In this document: piece by piece, positions 50,308 through 60,581 of the stretch
Layout: each line of letters begins with the position of its first letter
Numbering within the stretch: the stretch's first letter is position 1
NCBI GenBank assembly: GCA_046313635.1
Contig: JBKBYA010000001.1
Location: forward strand, 192,001-256,000
DNA from: Pyrinomonadaceae bacterium
GTDB taxonomy: Bacteria > Acidobacteriota > Blastocatellia > Pyrinomonadales > Pyrinomonadaceae
Direction of reading: 5' to 3'
DNA length: 64,000 nucleotides
Made by a program: the position numbers and the translations under genes
Notes under the pieces: generated by a model
Told to the model about the DNA's origin: nothing
Databases searched by the model: none
What the model saw: the letters and a program-made list of their open reading frames with translations, nothing else

Positions 50308-51684
50308 TCATTCGATCGTTGGATCGAGCGACTTGATCTTTTTGTTCTTATCGAAAACGAAGACCCACAGCACAGCTTTGCTTCCGTGGATGGCGCGATA
50401 CTTCCGGGTGATCTCGCCGTCTTTTGAGATCTCTTCGATCAGATCGAGCGATGCGAGCGGATCCAATTGACCAAACAGCGGCAGGCCAAACCGTCTGAAG
50501 GCGGGGACAAGCTCGGCCTGAGCGTCTGTCGTGAACAGGGTCTCGTCGACGGTGTCTCGCATCCCATCCGCAATGAACTTGCGAACAAGCCGTGTGAGAT
50601 CGGCGTCGCTGTCCGTGATCGGCCGCGACGGCTTCACCGCCGGCCGCGGGAAATAGACGTCGGCAATGCCCCGCGCCAGATAGGGAAAGAGCCGCTGGCC
50701 ATTTGTGAGGACGGCGATCGTCAAACGCTCCCGCGGGAAGCGAAGGATGTCTGCCAACGCCGGGCCGCCGCTGTGGCCGACCGTTTGGCGGCCGGAGTAT
50801 TCGTCGACTACCCAGCCGACTCCGAACGAGTTTTGCGAGCCGTCGCCGAGCATATCGCGCCGCCAGATCGCCTCGCGGCCGCGGTCTGAGACCAGCTTGC
50901 CGCGGTCGAGGGCGACAGCGAGCTTTGCCAGGTCGGCCGCACTTGTCAGCAGCCCGCCGGCGCTGTAACCGCGTTCGCGGAACAAGAACCAGAACTTGCG
51001 GTGACGGCCGTTTTCCCAGTTGTACACCTCGGCCCGACCGGCTACCACGTCGGCGACCCGGATGCCGCCTTGATCCGCCGCGTGGTCAAAGCGCGAATCG
51101 CTCATTCCCGATGGCCCGAAAATGCGGGACTCGAGCAGCTGCTCGTAGCTTTGACCCGTTACCTTCTCGAGGACGTGCTGCAAGACCACAAAGTCCGTGA
51201 AGCCATATTGAGACCGTGTGCCGGGCTCGTATACCAACGCGGTCTTGTACGCGGCCTCGACATAGTTTGCGACCGAGGCGTCGGGCGGCACTTTTATGTC
51301 GTCGCTTAGACCAGACGAATGTGTCGCAAGGTGACGTACCGTTATCGCCTGCCACGACGCCGGAGCCTCGGGCAGATAGGCCCTCACGGAATCCGACAGG
51401 GCGATCTTGCCCTCGTCGACGAGCGACATAACTGCCAGGCCCGTAAAGATCTTTGTCGCCGATGCGATCTGAAACACGGTCGACGGCGTGACCGGTCGCC
51501 GCCATTCGAGATTCGCGACGCCGTAGCCGGCCAGCTTTACCACCCGGCCGTCCTTGACGACCGCAACGGAAACTCCCGGAATATGATTGCGGCGCATCTG
51601 CGCGCGTATGTAGTCGTCGATCCGGTCGGCTAATGCGGAGCTGGTCAAGAGCAGCAGGACGGAAGCGGCGGCGAGGAATTTCAT
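50308..51684 (-). CDS. Serine hydrolase, beta-lactamase class C/PBP-like
   Basis: FQIASATK (SxxK), LATHSSG, PGTRSQY, GHSGG; signal peptide. Confidence 0.88.
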   Translation of the reverse strand: MKFLAAASVLLLLTSSALADRIDDYIRAQMRRNHIPGVSVAVVKDGRVVKLAGYGVANLEWRRPVTPSTVFQIASATKIFTGLAVMSLVDEGKIALSDSVRAYLPEAPASWQAITVRHLATHSSGLSDDIKVPPDASVANYVEAAYKTALVYEPGTRSQYGFTDFVVLQHVLEKVTGQSYEQLLESRIFGPSGMSDSRFDHAADQGGIRVADVVAGRAEVYNWENGRHRKFWFLFRERGYSAGGLLTSAADLAKLAVALDRGKLVSDRGREAIWRRDMLGDGSQNSFGVGWVVDEYSGRQTVGHSGGPALADILRFPRERLTIAVLTNGQRLFPYLARGIADVYFPRPAVKPSRPITDSDADLTRLVRKFIADGMRDTVDETLFTTDAQAELVPAFRRFGLPLFGQLDPLASLDLIEEISKDGEITRKYRAIHGSKAVLWVFVFDKNKKIKSLDPTIE

Positions 51685-51853
51685 ATTGATGTCGATATCT
51701 GCACTCGTTAACGCGTAGTTTTTGATCCGAATGGATCGGGAGCACCTGCGCGGTCCCGCGAGCTTCGAAAAATGACAAAATGAATGACCGTGCGGATCTT
51801 TTGAAACGAAAGACCTCGAAGCCGAGTAATACTCGAGCAAACCTTTAAATCAT

Positions 51854-53638
51854 ATGCGGCAATTGAAAAAACAACGTTCGTTCCTCTTACTGATCGTCGT
51901 TCTCCTCTCGGCTCACCTGGCAAGCGCTCAGAAAGGCGGTCTGTCGATCGAGTACTCCGTCTCGCTCAGCGATCCGGCCAAGCAGCAGTTTCACGTCACG
52001 ACCACGATCAGGAACATCAACCAGCCTCGGCTCGATCTCAGCCTGCCGACGTGGACGCCCGGCTGGTACACGATCGAGAACTACGCGAAGAACCTTCTCC
52101 GATTTCGCGTGACCGATCCGTCGACGGGCAAGATCGTCCGCCACACGATGTCAAAAAAGCAGACCTGGAATGTCGATACGCGCGGCCTAAATGAGATCAA
52201 GATCGATTACGACTACCAGGCCCTCGTGCTCGCGCTCAACCAGGCAAAGATCGCGAAAGACTTTGCGTTCTTTACCGGCGTCGAGCTCTTTCTCGAGCCC
52301 GTCGGCCACCGCGACCGGCCCAGCACGGTACGCTTTTCGGTCCCGCAGGGATGGAAGATCATGACGGCGCTAAAAGAGACGGCCGACCCGACGATCTTCA
52401 CTGCGGAGAATTACGACGTGCTCGTCGACGCGCCGGTCGAGCTCGGCAATTTTGACGTGACGCGGTTCGAGGTCGAGGGCAAGCCGCACTATTTTGTCGC
52501 GACGCCGGCCGGGACTTTCAATAAAGAGAAGTCGGCAAAGTTCGTCGACATGCTCGCAAAGGTCGCGTCGGCGCACAGCAAGATGTTTGGCGGGCTGCCG
52601 TACGAGAAGTACGTTTACTTTTACTTTTTCGCGCCGCCTGAGTCGAACGCGAGCGGTGCGCTCGAGCACCTCAATTCGTTCGTCGCATTCGCTCCCACGG
52701 GCGAGCGGGCGCAGCCCGAGCAGCTGATCGGGACGGCATCGCACGAGTTCTTTCATCTCTGGAACGTAAAGCGGATCCGGCCCGCCGAGATGTGGCCGTA
52801 CGATTACTCGCGTGAGAACGAGTCGCCGCTGCTATGGGTCTCGGAGGGCTTTACGAATTACTACGGCGTCGTCGGCGTCTATCGTGCCGGGCTGATGAGC
52901 GAGAACGACTTTCTGCAGCGCGCGGCCGGCGCGGCGTCGGGGATCGAGGGCTCCGAGGCTCGACATTACATCTCACCGGCCGAATCGTCGGTCTCGACCT
53001 GGATCGGCTACGACAGCCCGACGGCATTCGGGATCTCGTACTACACGCAGGGGCAGAATCTCGCCGCGCTGCTCGACCTCTCGATCAGGCACGACACGGG
53101 CGGAACGTCGAGTCTCGACGACGTCTTTCGCGCGCTGCACGCCGAGCACTACCGGCGAGGGCGCGGCTTCACGACCGAAGACCTGATCCGCATCATCAAC
53201 CGCATCGCGAAAAAGGACTATCGCGAGTTTTTTGACCGCTACGTTTTCTGGACCGACGTGCCCGATTACGATCGCATCTTTGGCTACGCCGGCTACCGGC
53301 TTGAGAAAAAGAAGCAGCAGGGACCGGAATTTGGCTTTAGTGTCCGCGGCCGCAACGGCGGTCTGATGGTCAACGCGGTCGAGCCGCAATCGCCGGCGGC
53401 GAACGCCGGGCTCGAGGTCGGCGACGTGATCGTCAAGATCAACGGCGAGTCGCCGCTCAATGCCGCGTTAGGTGCCTTCGCAGGCAAGACGATCACGCTG
53501 AGGGTCAGTCGCGGCGGCGTCGAAAAGGAAGTTCCGATGAAGGTCGGCGTGCGCGAATACACCGATATCTCGCTCGTCTCGGTCGACCGGCCGACCGCCG
53601 AGCAGATAAAGATCCGCGAAGGCTGGCTTAAGCGTTAG
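51854..53638 (+). CDS. M61 glycyl aminopeptidase-family metallopeptidase with PDZ domain
   Basis: WTPGWY, GALEH, SHEFFHLWNVKRIRP, LWVSEGFTNYY, SPAANAGL. Confidence 0.92.
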   Translation: MRQLKKQRSFLLLIVVLLSAHLASAQKGGLSIEYSVSLSDPAKQQFHVTTTIRNINQPRLDLSLPTWTPGWYTIENYAKNLLRFRVTDPSTGKIVRHTMSKKQTWNVDTRGLNEIKIDYDYQALVLALNQAKIAKDFAFFTGVELFLEPVGHRDRPSTVRFSVPQGWKIMTALKETADPTIFTAENYDVLVDAPVELGNFDVTRFEVEGKPHYFVATPAGTFNKEKSAKFVDMLAKVASAHSKMFGGLPYEKYVYFYFFAPPESNASGALEHLNSFVAFAPTGERAQPEQLIGTASHEFFHLWNVKRIRPAEMWPYDYSRENESPLLWVSEGFTNYYGVVGVYRAGLMSENDFLQRAAGAASGIEGSEARHYISPAESSVSTWIGYDSPTAFGISYYTQGQNLAALLDLSIRHDTGGTSSLDDVFRALHAEHYRRGRGFTTEDLIRIINRIAKKDYREFFDRYVFWTDVPDYDRIFGYAGYRLEKKKQQGPEFGFSVRGRNGGLMVNAVEPQSPAANAGLEVGDVIVKINGESPLNAALGAFAGKTITLRVSRGGVEKEVPMKVGVREYTDISLVSVDRPTAEQIKIREGWLKR

Positions 53639-53664
53639 CGCCGGATGTTGATCGTTAAAATAAG

Positions 53665-53697
53665 AAACGCCGTCGAGTGATATCGACGGCGTTTTTC
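53665..53697. terminator. Bidirectional terminator between convergent genes
   Basis: aaacgccgtcga-gtgata-tcgacggcgttttt. Confidence 0.8.
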
Positions 53698-53713
53698 GTT
53701 GCGGAAGGCGTTT

Positions 53714-54463
53714 CTAGTCGTAAAGATAGATCTTCATTCCGACCGGCATCAGCTTAAACAGCTTCTGGTCGGCGCCGCGCGGCACGCGGACGCAGCCGTG
53801 GCTCGCGGGCCTCGGCGGGATCGATGCCGAGCCGTGCACGGCCCAGCCCTCCTTGAAGTAGCTCGGGAAGTAGAGACTGCCGAGCGGCGCCTCGCGCGTG
53901 CCGTTAAACTTTCGCTCGATGCGAAATTCGCCTCGCGGCGTCACGGCGACGTCCCACGCATTTTTTGACTTGTCGAAGTATCGCTTGCCGTTCCCGGTCG
54001 AGACCGGAACGATCAGCGAGACGCGGCCGCCGGCATCAACGACAAAAAGTACCTGTCGCGAGATGTCGACCTCGATGTGCGGGCCGCCGGAGAACTTTGG
54101 CGTCGGTGCCGATGCCGAGCGAAGCCGCTCGAGCACCGCTGGCGTCAGGACGCCGGTGCGTTTGAGTCCCTCGACCTTTTGAAACGCCATGATCGCGTGA
54201 CGTGTCGCGGGGTCGAGCCGGCCGTCGACCTTGCCGGTCCAGTAGCCGAGTTCGCTGAGCAGCCGCTCGGCATCAGACACGCTGAGAGCCGCGGCAGCAC
54301 GCTCGACGGTCTGCGGCGGCGGCTCAGGCGCGACCGCGGGCGTTGCCGCGGCGTCCTGCGCGCGTGCGGCCGCAACGGTAAAAAGTAAAAGCAGGACGCC
54401 GAGCATCGGGCCCGGGCGACGGCTTAAGAACGAGACTAGGGGGATGAGATCTGTTCGCTTCAT
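53714..54463 (-). CDS. L,D-transpeptidase (YkuD) with a peptidoglycan-binding domain
   Basis: LSELGY...FQKVEGL; VSTG, TPRG, AVHGS...ASHGCVR. Confidence 0.9.
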   Translation of the reverse strand: MKRTDLIPLVSFLSRRPGPMLGVLLLLFTVAAARAQDAAATPAVAPEPPPQTVERAAAALSVSDAERLLSELGYWTGKVDGRLDPATRHAIMAFQKVEGLKRTGVLTPAVLERLRSASAPTPKFSGGPHIEVDISRQVLFVVDAGGRVSLIVPVSTGNGKRYFDKSKNAWDVAVTPRGEFRIERKFNGTREAPLGSLYFPSYFKEGWAVHGSASIPPRPASHGCVRVPRGADQKLFKLMPVGMKIYLYD

Positions 54464-54653
54464 ATTGGTAGGCTGACTGCCTCATTTTAGACGTGTGGGG
54501 TCGACATTCGTGCTCCCGGCAAATATAAGACGCCGATTTTAATTAAAAATCCAGCCGCCAGAGGCCCGCGCGCCGCAAAATCCGAACAAAAGATCCGGAC
54601 GTCGGTCTGAGGCCGATCGCGACGGGCGTCGCTGATGTTAGAATTCTCGGGCC

Positions 54654-55406
54654 GTGACGACAGAAAATAGCGACAAGATCATCGAGCTTAGGTCGGTCAG
54701 TTATGCCATCGGCGGCAGCGCGGTACTCGAAGAGATCGGGTTCGGCGTACGCCGCGGCGAGGTGCTCGTGCTCCTCGGCGAATCGGGCTGCGGCAAAACG
54801 ACGACGCTTCGGCTCGTCAACCGCCTGATCGAGCCGACGGCCGGAGAGATCTTTATCGACGGCCGCGATTCGCGCGAATGGGACGCGATCGAGCTGCGCC
54901 GGCATATCGGCTACGTGCTGCAGGACGGCGGACTCTTTCCGCACTTGACCGTCGCAGAGAACGTCGCCGTTGTGCCGCGGCTGCTCGAGTGGGAGCGGGC
55001 TCGTGTCGAGGCCCGCGTCGACGAGATGCTTGCTCTCGCCGGTCTCGAGCCCGGAGCCTTTCGCGAACGCTTCCCGCACGAATTGTCAGGCGGCCAGCGC
55101 CAGCGCGTCGGCGTCGCACGCGCTCTGGCTGCCGATCCGCCGATCGTTTTGCTCGACGAGCCCTTTGGCGCTCTCGACGCGCTGACGCGGACGCGGCTGC
55201 AGAGCGAATTCGCCGAGATCGTGCGGCGACTCGACAAGACCGCCATTCTTGTCACGCACGACCTGCACGAGGCGATGAAGCTCGCATCGCGGATCGCGCT
55301 GATGGACGCGGGCCGCATCGCGCTGCTCGACACGCCCGAGGGCTTTTTGCGGTCCGAGCTGCCGCTCGCCCGGCGGTATCTCGACACGGTCTTTGTCACG
55401 CCTTGA
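54654..55406 (+). CDS. Osmoprotectant (OpuCA/YehX-type) ABC ATPase
   Basis: GESGCGKTT, NRLIEPT, GLFPHLTV, LSGGQRQR, DEPFGALD. Confidence 0.9.
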   Translation: MTTENSDKIIELRSVSYAIGGSAVLEEIGFGVRRGEVLVLLGESGCGKTTTLRLVNRLIEPTAGEIFIDGRDSREWDAIELRRHIGYVLQDGGLFPHLTVAENVAVVPRLLEWERARVEARVDEMLALAGLEPGAFRERFPHELSGGQRQRVGVARALAADPPIVLLDEPFGALDALTRTRLQSEFAEIVRRLDKTAILVTHDLHEAMKLASRIALMDAGRIALLDTPEGFLRSELPLARRYLDTVFVTP

Positions 55407-55465
55407 ACCCAAGGCTATCCTTCAACACGAAACTTGCAGCCTCACTTATTTAGACGTAACCAGGT

Positions 55466-57043
55466 ATGACGATCAAAGATCAAAACAGACGTGACTTTAT
55501 CAAGACGGGCCTCGCGGGCTTTGCGGCGCTCTCGTTGTTTGGCCGTGCGGACGGCGCGTCGGCGGACATTCTTATGCAGCAAGATCCTTATCCAGAGCTG
55601 GTCGAGGCGACGATCGGCGATCTGCAGGCAAAGATGCGCGCCGGTCAATTGACCTCGCGCCGTCTCGTCGAGATGTACCTCGAGCGGATCGAAAAGATCG
55701 ATCCGAAACTTCGCTCCGTGATCGAGACAAATCCCGACGCCCTCGCGATCGCCGACGGTCTCGATAGAGAGCGACGGCGCGGCAAGATGCGTTCGATGCT
55801 GCACGGCATCCCGATCCTGATCAAGGACAACATCGACACCGCCGACCGGATGCACACGACCGCCGGCTCGCTCGCGCTCGTCGACGCTCCCGTGCCTCGG
55901 CAGGACGCGTTTGTTGCGGCCCGGCTTCGCAAGGCGGGAGCGGTCATCATCGGCAAGACGAATCTGAGCGAATGGGCAAATTTCCGCTCGACCAAGTCGA
56001 TCAGCGGCTGGTCGGGCCGCGGCGGACAGACGAATAATCCGTACTATCTCGACCAGAACCCGTGCGGCTCGTCGTCAGGCTCCGGCGTCGCGGTCTCGGC
56101 AAATCTCGCGGCCGCGGCGGTCGGCACCGAGACCAACGGTTCGATCATCTGCCCGGCGCTGACGAATGGCGTCGTCGGCATCAAGCCGACGCTCGGCCTC
56201 GTCTCGCGCAGCGGCATCATCCCGATAGCGCACACGCAGGACACGGCCGGCCCGATGGCCCGCACCGTAGCCGACGCGGCGATACTTCTCGGCGCGCTCA
56301 CCGGCCGCGACAAGAATGATGCGATCACGGCCGACGCGGAAAAGAAGGGCGCATCGGACTACACAAAATTTCTCGACCCCAACGGCCTCAAAGGCGCTCG
56401 GCTCGGCCTCGTGATGCAATACCTGCCGAGGCAGAATGCCGAGCAGTGGCGAGCGTACTATCAGCCCTTCATCGATAAGCTCCGCGAAGCCGGCGCGACG
56501 CTCGTCGAGGTTATGTTCACGCCCGACTACAGCAAGATCGCCGACGACCGTCTCAACGTTTTGCTGTACGAATTCAAGACCGACCTCAACAAGTACCTCG
56601 CCGCGCGCGGCGCACGATACAAGACGCTCGCCGACCTGATCAAATTCAACGACGAGAACAAGGAAAAGGAAATGCCGAAATTCGGTCAGGAACTTTTCCT
56701 GCAGGCGCAGGAGAAGGGCGACCTGACCGACAAGGCCTACCTCGACGCCCTAGCAAAGATCAAAAAAGCGACGCGTGAGGACGGCATCGACGCGGTTCTG
56801 GCAAAGGACCATCTTGACGCCATCGTCGGCCCGACGAGCGGCGCGACCTGGTCGATAGCGGCCGTCGCAGGCTACCCGTACATAACGGTCCCGCTCGGCC
56901 TGAGAGATAACACGGCGACGGGAATGGCCTTTTTCGGCCGGCCTTGGAGCGAGCCTTCGCTGATCAGGTACGCTTTCGCATTCGAGCAGCAGACAAAGGG
57001 CCGCGTCGCGCCGCAATATCTGGCGACTTATCAAAAGAAGTAG
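55466..57043 (+). CDS. Tat-exported amidase-signature enzyme
   Basis: NRRDFIK Tat motif; IKDNI, GKTNLSEWA, GSSSGS, GTETNGSI. Confidence 0.92.
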   Translation: MTIKDQNRRDFIKTGLAGFAALSLFGRADGASADILMQQDPYPELVEATIGDLQAKMRAGQLTSRRLVEMYLERIEKIDPKLRSVIETNPDALAIADGLDRERRRGKMRSMLHGIPILIKDNIDTADRMHTTAGSLALVDAPVPRQDAFVAARLRKAGAVIIGKTNLSEWANFRSTKSISGWSGRGGQTNNPYYLDQNPCGSSSGSGVAVSANLAAAAVGTETNGSIICPALTNGVVGIKPTLGLVSRSGIIPIAHTQDTAGPMARTVADAAILLGALTGRDKNDAITADAEKKGASDYTKFLDPNGLKGARLGLVMQYLPRQNAEQWRAYYQPFIDKLREAGATLVEVMFTPDYSKIADDRLNVLLYEFKTDLNKYLAARGARYKTLADLIKFNDENKEKEMPKFGQELFLQAQEKGDLTDKAYLDALAKIKKATREDGIDAVLAKDHLDAIVGPTSGATWSIAAVAGYPYITVPLGLRDNTATGMAFFGRPWSEPSLIRYAFAFEQQTKGRVAPQYLATYQKK

Positions 57044-57055
57044 CTCGGAAAGCAA

Positions 57056-58597
57056 ATGTCGTTTGCAGAGTTCCTGACACGCAGCTGGATCGAACTGCTC
57101 GTGCTGACGCGCGAGCACATTCTGCTCGTGCTGTTGTCGACCGGAGCGGCGGTCGTGCTGGGAATTCCGCTCGGCGTTTTGCTTACTCGCGTCAGCTCGC
57201 TGAGGGCCCCGGTGCTGGGCTTTGCAAACGTGATGCAGACCGTGCCGAGCCTCGCTCTCTTTGGTTTGCTGATACCTGTGCCTTTCATCGGCGGCATCGG
57301 CGCTCGAACGGCCGTGATCGCTCTCGCGCTGTACGCACTGCTGCCGGTGATAAGAAATACCGTCACCGGAATTCTCGGCATCGACCCAAAGCTCGTCGAC
57401 GCCGCGACGGCAATGGGCATGACCGACCGGCAGAAACTTTTTCGGGTCGAATTGCCGCTCGCGATGCCGGTGATCCTGACCGGCGTGCGGGTCGCCGTCG
57501 TCATCTCGGTCGGCGTCGCGACCGTCGCGGCCGCGGTCGGCGCGGGCGGACTCGGAACGTACATCTTCCGCGGCCTGCGGCAGAACGACAACAACCTTCT
57601 CCTCGCCGGGGCGATCGCGTCGGCAGTTCTGGCTCTGGTCTGCGATCTCGCGCTCGGCCTCTTTGCAAAAACGTACGAGATCGGCAAACACCGCCGGCCG
57701 CGAATGCTGCTCGGCGTCGCCTTTGGCCTCTTGCTCGCGCTCGTCGCGATCGGCGTCTGGCCGGCATTCTCGCGGCCGAACTCAGGCAGTAACTCGATCG
57801 TCGTCGGTTCAAAGGACTTTACCGAATCGGTCGTCCTCGCCGAGATCCTCGCGCAGCTTCTCGAGAAGCAAGGCGTCGTGGTCGAGCGCCGCTTGGAGCT
57901 CGGCGGCAATCTGCCGCACGATTCGCTGCTCTCGGGCGAGATCGACGTCTATCCCGAATATACGGGAACTGCTTTTACCGCGATCCTCAAGCATACGCCG
58001 ATGACTGACATGGCCGCGGTCTACGAGCAGACCAAAGAGGAGTATCGGGAGAGATTCGGTCTCGCTGTCAGTCCGCCGCTAGGCTTTTCGAATGACTTCG
58101 CGATCCTCGTCCGCGGCGACGTCGCGCGGCGGAGCGGTCTCAAGACGATCTCCGACGCCGTTCCGCTCGCGAGGAATTGGCGGGCGGGCTTCGGGCAGGA
58201 CTTTATGTCTCGAGCGGACGGTTATCCGGGATTTGTGAAAGCGTACGGGCTGGAGTTTGCCGGCCAGCCTCGTGAAATGGACCTCTCGCTGACGTATCGA
58301 GCACTCGCCGCGGGCGAGGTCGACCTCATCGCGGGCAATTCGACCGACGGTTTGATCGCCGCGCTCGACCTCTTCCAGCTTGCGGACGACCGACGTTATT
58401 TCCCGCCGTATCAGGCCGTTTTTATCGCCCGCGGCGATGCCGCCGGAAGACTCGCTCCCGCGTTTGACGAGCTCAAGGACGCCGTCTCGACCGACGATAT
58501 GCGTCGCCTGAACTATGAGGTCGACGGCAAAAAGCGTTCGCCGCGCGAGGTCGCGGCCGAGTGGATTCGTGAAAGATCGTTTGCAACGGCACGGTAA
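57056..58597 (+). CDS. Fused permease plus substrate-binding protein, quaternary-amine ABC transporter
   Basis: QTVPSLAL, DAATAMGM, GAGGLG; VGSKDFTE, YPEYTGT, YFPPY. Confidence 0.9.
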   Translation: MSFAEFLTRSWIELLVLTREHILLVLLSTGAAVVLGIPLGVLLTRVSSLRAPVLGFANVMQTVPSLALFGLLIPVPFIGGIGARTAVIALALYALLPVIRNTVTGILGIDPKLVDAATAMGMTDRQKLFRVELPLAMPVILTGVRVAVVISVGVATVAAAVGAGGLGTYIFRGLRQNDNNLLLAGAIASAVLALVCDLALGLFAKTYEIGKHRRPRMLLGVAFGLLLALVAIGVWPAFSRPNSGSNSIVVGSKDFTESVVLAEILAQLLEKQGVVVERRLELGGNLPHDSLLSGEIDVYPEYTGTAFTAILKHTPMTDMAAVYEQTKEEYRERFGLAVSPPLGFSNDFAILVRGDVARRSGLKTISDAVPLARNWRAGFGQDFMSRADGYPGFVKAYGLEFAGQPREMDLSLTYRALAAGEVDLIAGNSTDGLIAALDLFQLADDRRYFPPYQAVFIARGDAAGRLAPAFDELKDAVSTDDMRRLNYEVDGKKRSPREVAAEWIRERSFATAR

Positions 58598-58912
58598 ATC
58601 CCGTACTCTAAGTGACTTGATACCTTCTCTCTATTGTCGACGGTATGTTCGCTTCACCGGTTGAAGCGTTTTGGATAGCTCGAGAGTCGGTTCGTTACAT
58701 CACTGTCAGAAGTGGCCGAATGGCCTTCGAACGCCGGTACTAGCGTCCTGTTTACCGTTCACGACCTGCCTGGTTTGATCCCGCGTTAGATAGCTTCTAA
58801 AGCAATCCCGAAGAATTGTGATCTGTCGCGTCCGACGTTTGATTGGACGCAGCCGGGCAAAAGATACGCCCGCGGCGCAGGGCTTCGGTCGAGAGAAGAG
58901 ATACAAATACAA

Positions 58913-60124
58913 ATGAGTTTTAGAGAACTAGGCTTGCTGCCCGCTTTGGCGGAGAAGTGCGAGCGTCTGGGTTTTGCAGAGCCTACTCCCATCCAAAAGC
59001 AGGCGATCCCCGTAGTACTGGCCGGCCGCGACGTTATCGCGTGTGCCGAAACCGGAACGGGCAAGACGGCGGCATTTTTGCTGCCGACACTTCAGAAACT
59101 TGATCCGAAAAAGAAGCGCAGCGGCATCTCGGTGCTCGTGCTCGCCCCGACACGCGAGCTGGCAAATCAGATCGAGACCGAATGCCGTCGGTTCGCTCCG
59201 AAAGGCATTACCTGCGCGGCCGTCATCGGCGGTTCGGCGTACGGCAAGCAGATCGCGGCGCTCGAGCGCGGCGTTGACATCCTCATCGCGACGCCGGGAC
59301 GCCTGATCGACTTTATGGAGCAGGGCATGGTCAATTTCAACAATCTGACCACGCTGGTGCTTGACGAGGCCGACCGGATGCTCGATATGGGCTTTTTGCC
59401 CGCCATCCGCCGGATCGTAAAGGCGGTGCCGGCCGAGCGGCAAACGCTGTTTTTCTCGGCGACTATGGCCCGCGAGGTCGAAAGGGTCGCCTTCGAGATA
59501 GTCAAAGACCCCTCGATGGTCGAGGCCGCACGCCGCGGAACGGCCGCGGTGACCATCGAGCAGCACGCCTATCCGGTGGCCCCGCAGCACAAGATGCCCT
59601 TGCTGCTCGATTTGCTCGAAAAAGAAGATTGGGAAAGAGTGCTCGTCTTTACGCGGACAAAGCGTGGGGCCGACAAGCTTGCTCACATCCTCGAGAAACG
59701 CGAGCACAGCTCAAACCGCATCCACGGCGACCGTTCGCAGTCGCAGCGTGAGGCGGCCCTGCGAAGCTTCAAGGCCGGCAAGACACGGGTGCTCGTCGCG
59801 ACCGACGTGGCGGCCCGCGGCATCGATATCGATTCGGTCTCGCATGTGATAAACTATGACATCCCGCAGGCACCGGAAGACTACGTCCACCGGATCGGCC
59901 GGACCGGTCGAGCCGGAAATGCGGGACGTGCGATCACACTTTTCACCGCGGCCGAAGAGCATTCCATGCACGCCATCGAGAGGCTGATGGGACGAAAGGT
60001 CGAGCGGGTCATCCTGCCGGATTTCGGTGGGTCGGCTCTGGCTGAAACGGTCGGATCGACAAAGTATTCGGCGGCGACGCCCTCAAAAAGAACGTTTCGC
60101 TCGTTCGGCAAACGACGTCGCTGA
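58913..60124 (+). CDS. DEAD-box RNA helicase (RhlE-like)
   Basis: PTPIQ, TGTGKT, PTRELA, LDEAD, SAT, HRIGRTGR. Confidence 0.95.
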   Translation: MSFRELGLLPALAEKCERLGFAEPTPIQKQAIPVVLAGRDVIACAETGTGKTAAFLLPTLQKLDPKKKRSGISVLVLAPTRELANQIETECRRFAPKGITCAAVIGGSAYGKQIAALERGVDILIATPGRLIDFMEQGMVNFNNLTTLVLDEADRMLDMGFLPAIRRIVKAVPAERQTLFFSATMAREVERVAFEIVKDPSMVEAARRGTAAVTIEQHAYPVAPQHKMPLLLDLLEKEDWERVLVFTRTKRGADKLAHILEKREHSSNRIHGDRSQSQREAALRSFKAGKTRVLVATDVAARGIDIDSVSHVINYDIPQAPEDYVHRIGRTGRAGNAGRAITLFTAAEEHSMHAIERLMGRKVERVILPDFGGSALAETVGSTKYSAATPSKRTFRSFGKRRR

Positions 60125-60151
60125 AAAAGTTAAAGAGGAAGTAAAAGAACT

Positions 60152-60505
60152 ATGAAAACAGAGATCTATGCGGCAGGCGACACGTTGACCATGATGTGCT
60201 CGTCCTGTGATTCGGAGCAAGAGCACAACGTCGGCAGCGTGACCAAGCTGGGCAAGATCACGTCGGTCGTCTGCAGCACGTGCGGTACGTCGAGCAAATA
60301 CAGCCGGGGCGTCAAGACGTCGGTTTCCCTCGCAGGCTCGAAAAAGGCTTCGCCGTACGACCGGACCAGAAAATACAAAAAGGGCCAGGTGATGCTGCAC
60401 GCGATGTTTGGCCACGGCGAGGTCACGGGAGTCGATTACCAAAAGATCGACGTCCTGTTCGGCGACACGACGCGCAGGCTGCTGCACGATCAGAATCAGA
60501 ATTAG
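60152..60505 (+). CDS. Small protein: CxxC..CxxC zinc ribbon plus a possible Tudor-like C-terminus
   Basis: CSSC...CSTC; YKKGQVMLHAMFGHGEV...IDVLF. Confidence 0.65.
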   Translation: MKTEIYAAGDTLTMMCSSCDSEQEHNVGSVTKLGKITSVVCSTCGTSSKYSRGVKTSVSLAGSKKASPYDRTRKYKKGQVMLHAMFGHGEVTGVDYQKIDVLFGDTTRRLLHDQNQN

Positions 60506-60520
60506 TTCTTGCCGATCGGC

Positions 60521-60563
60521 AAAAAGGCGTCCCGAGCGAAACTCGGGACGCCTTTCTTTTTTT
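60521..60563. terminator. Bidirectional Rho-independent terminator
   Basis: aaaaaggcgtcccgag-cgaaa-ctcgggacgcctttcttttttt. Confidence 0.85.
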
Positions 60564-60581
60564 GACGCAGGCAGGCCCGCT

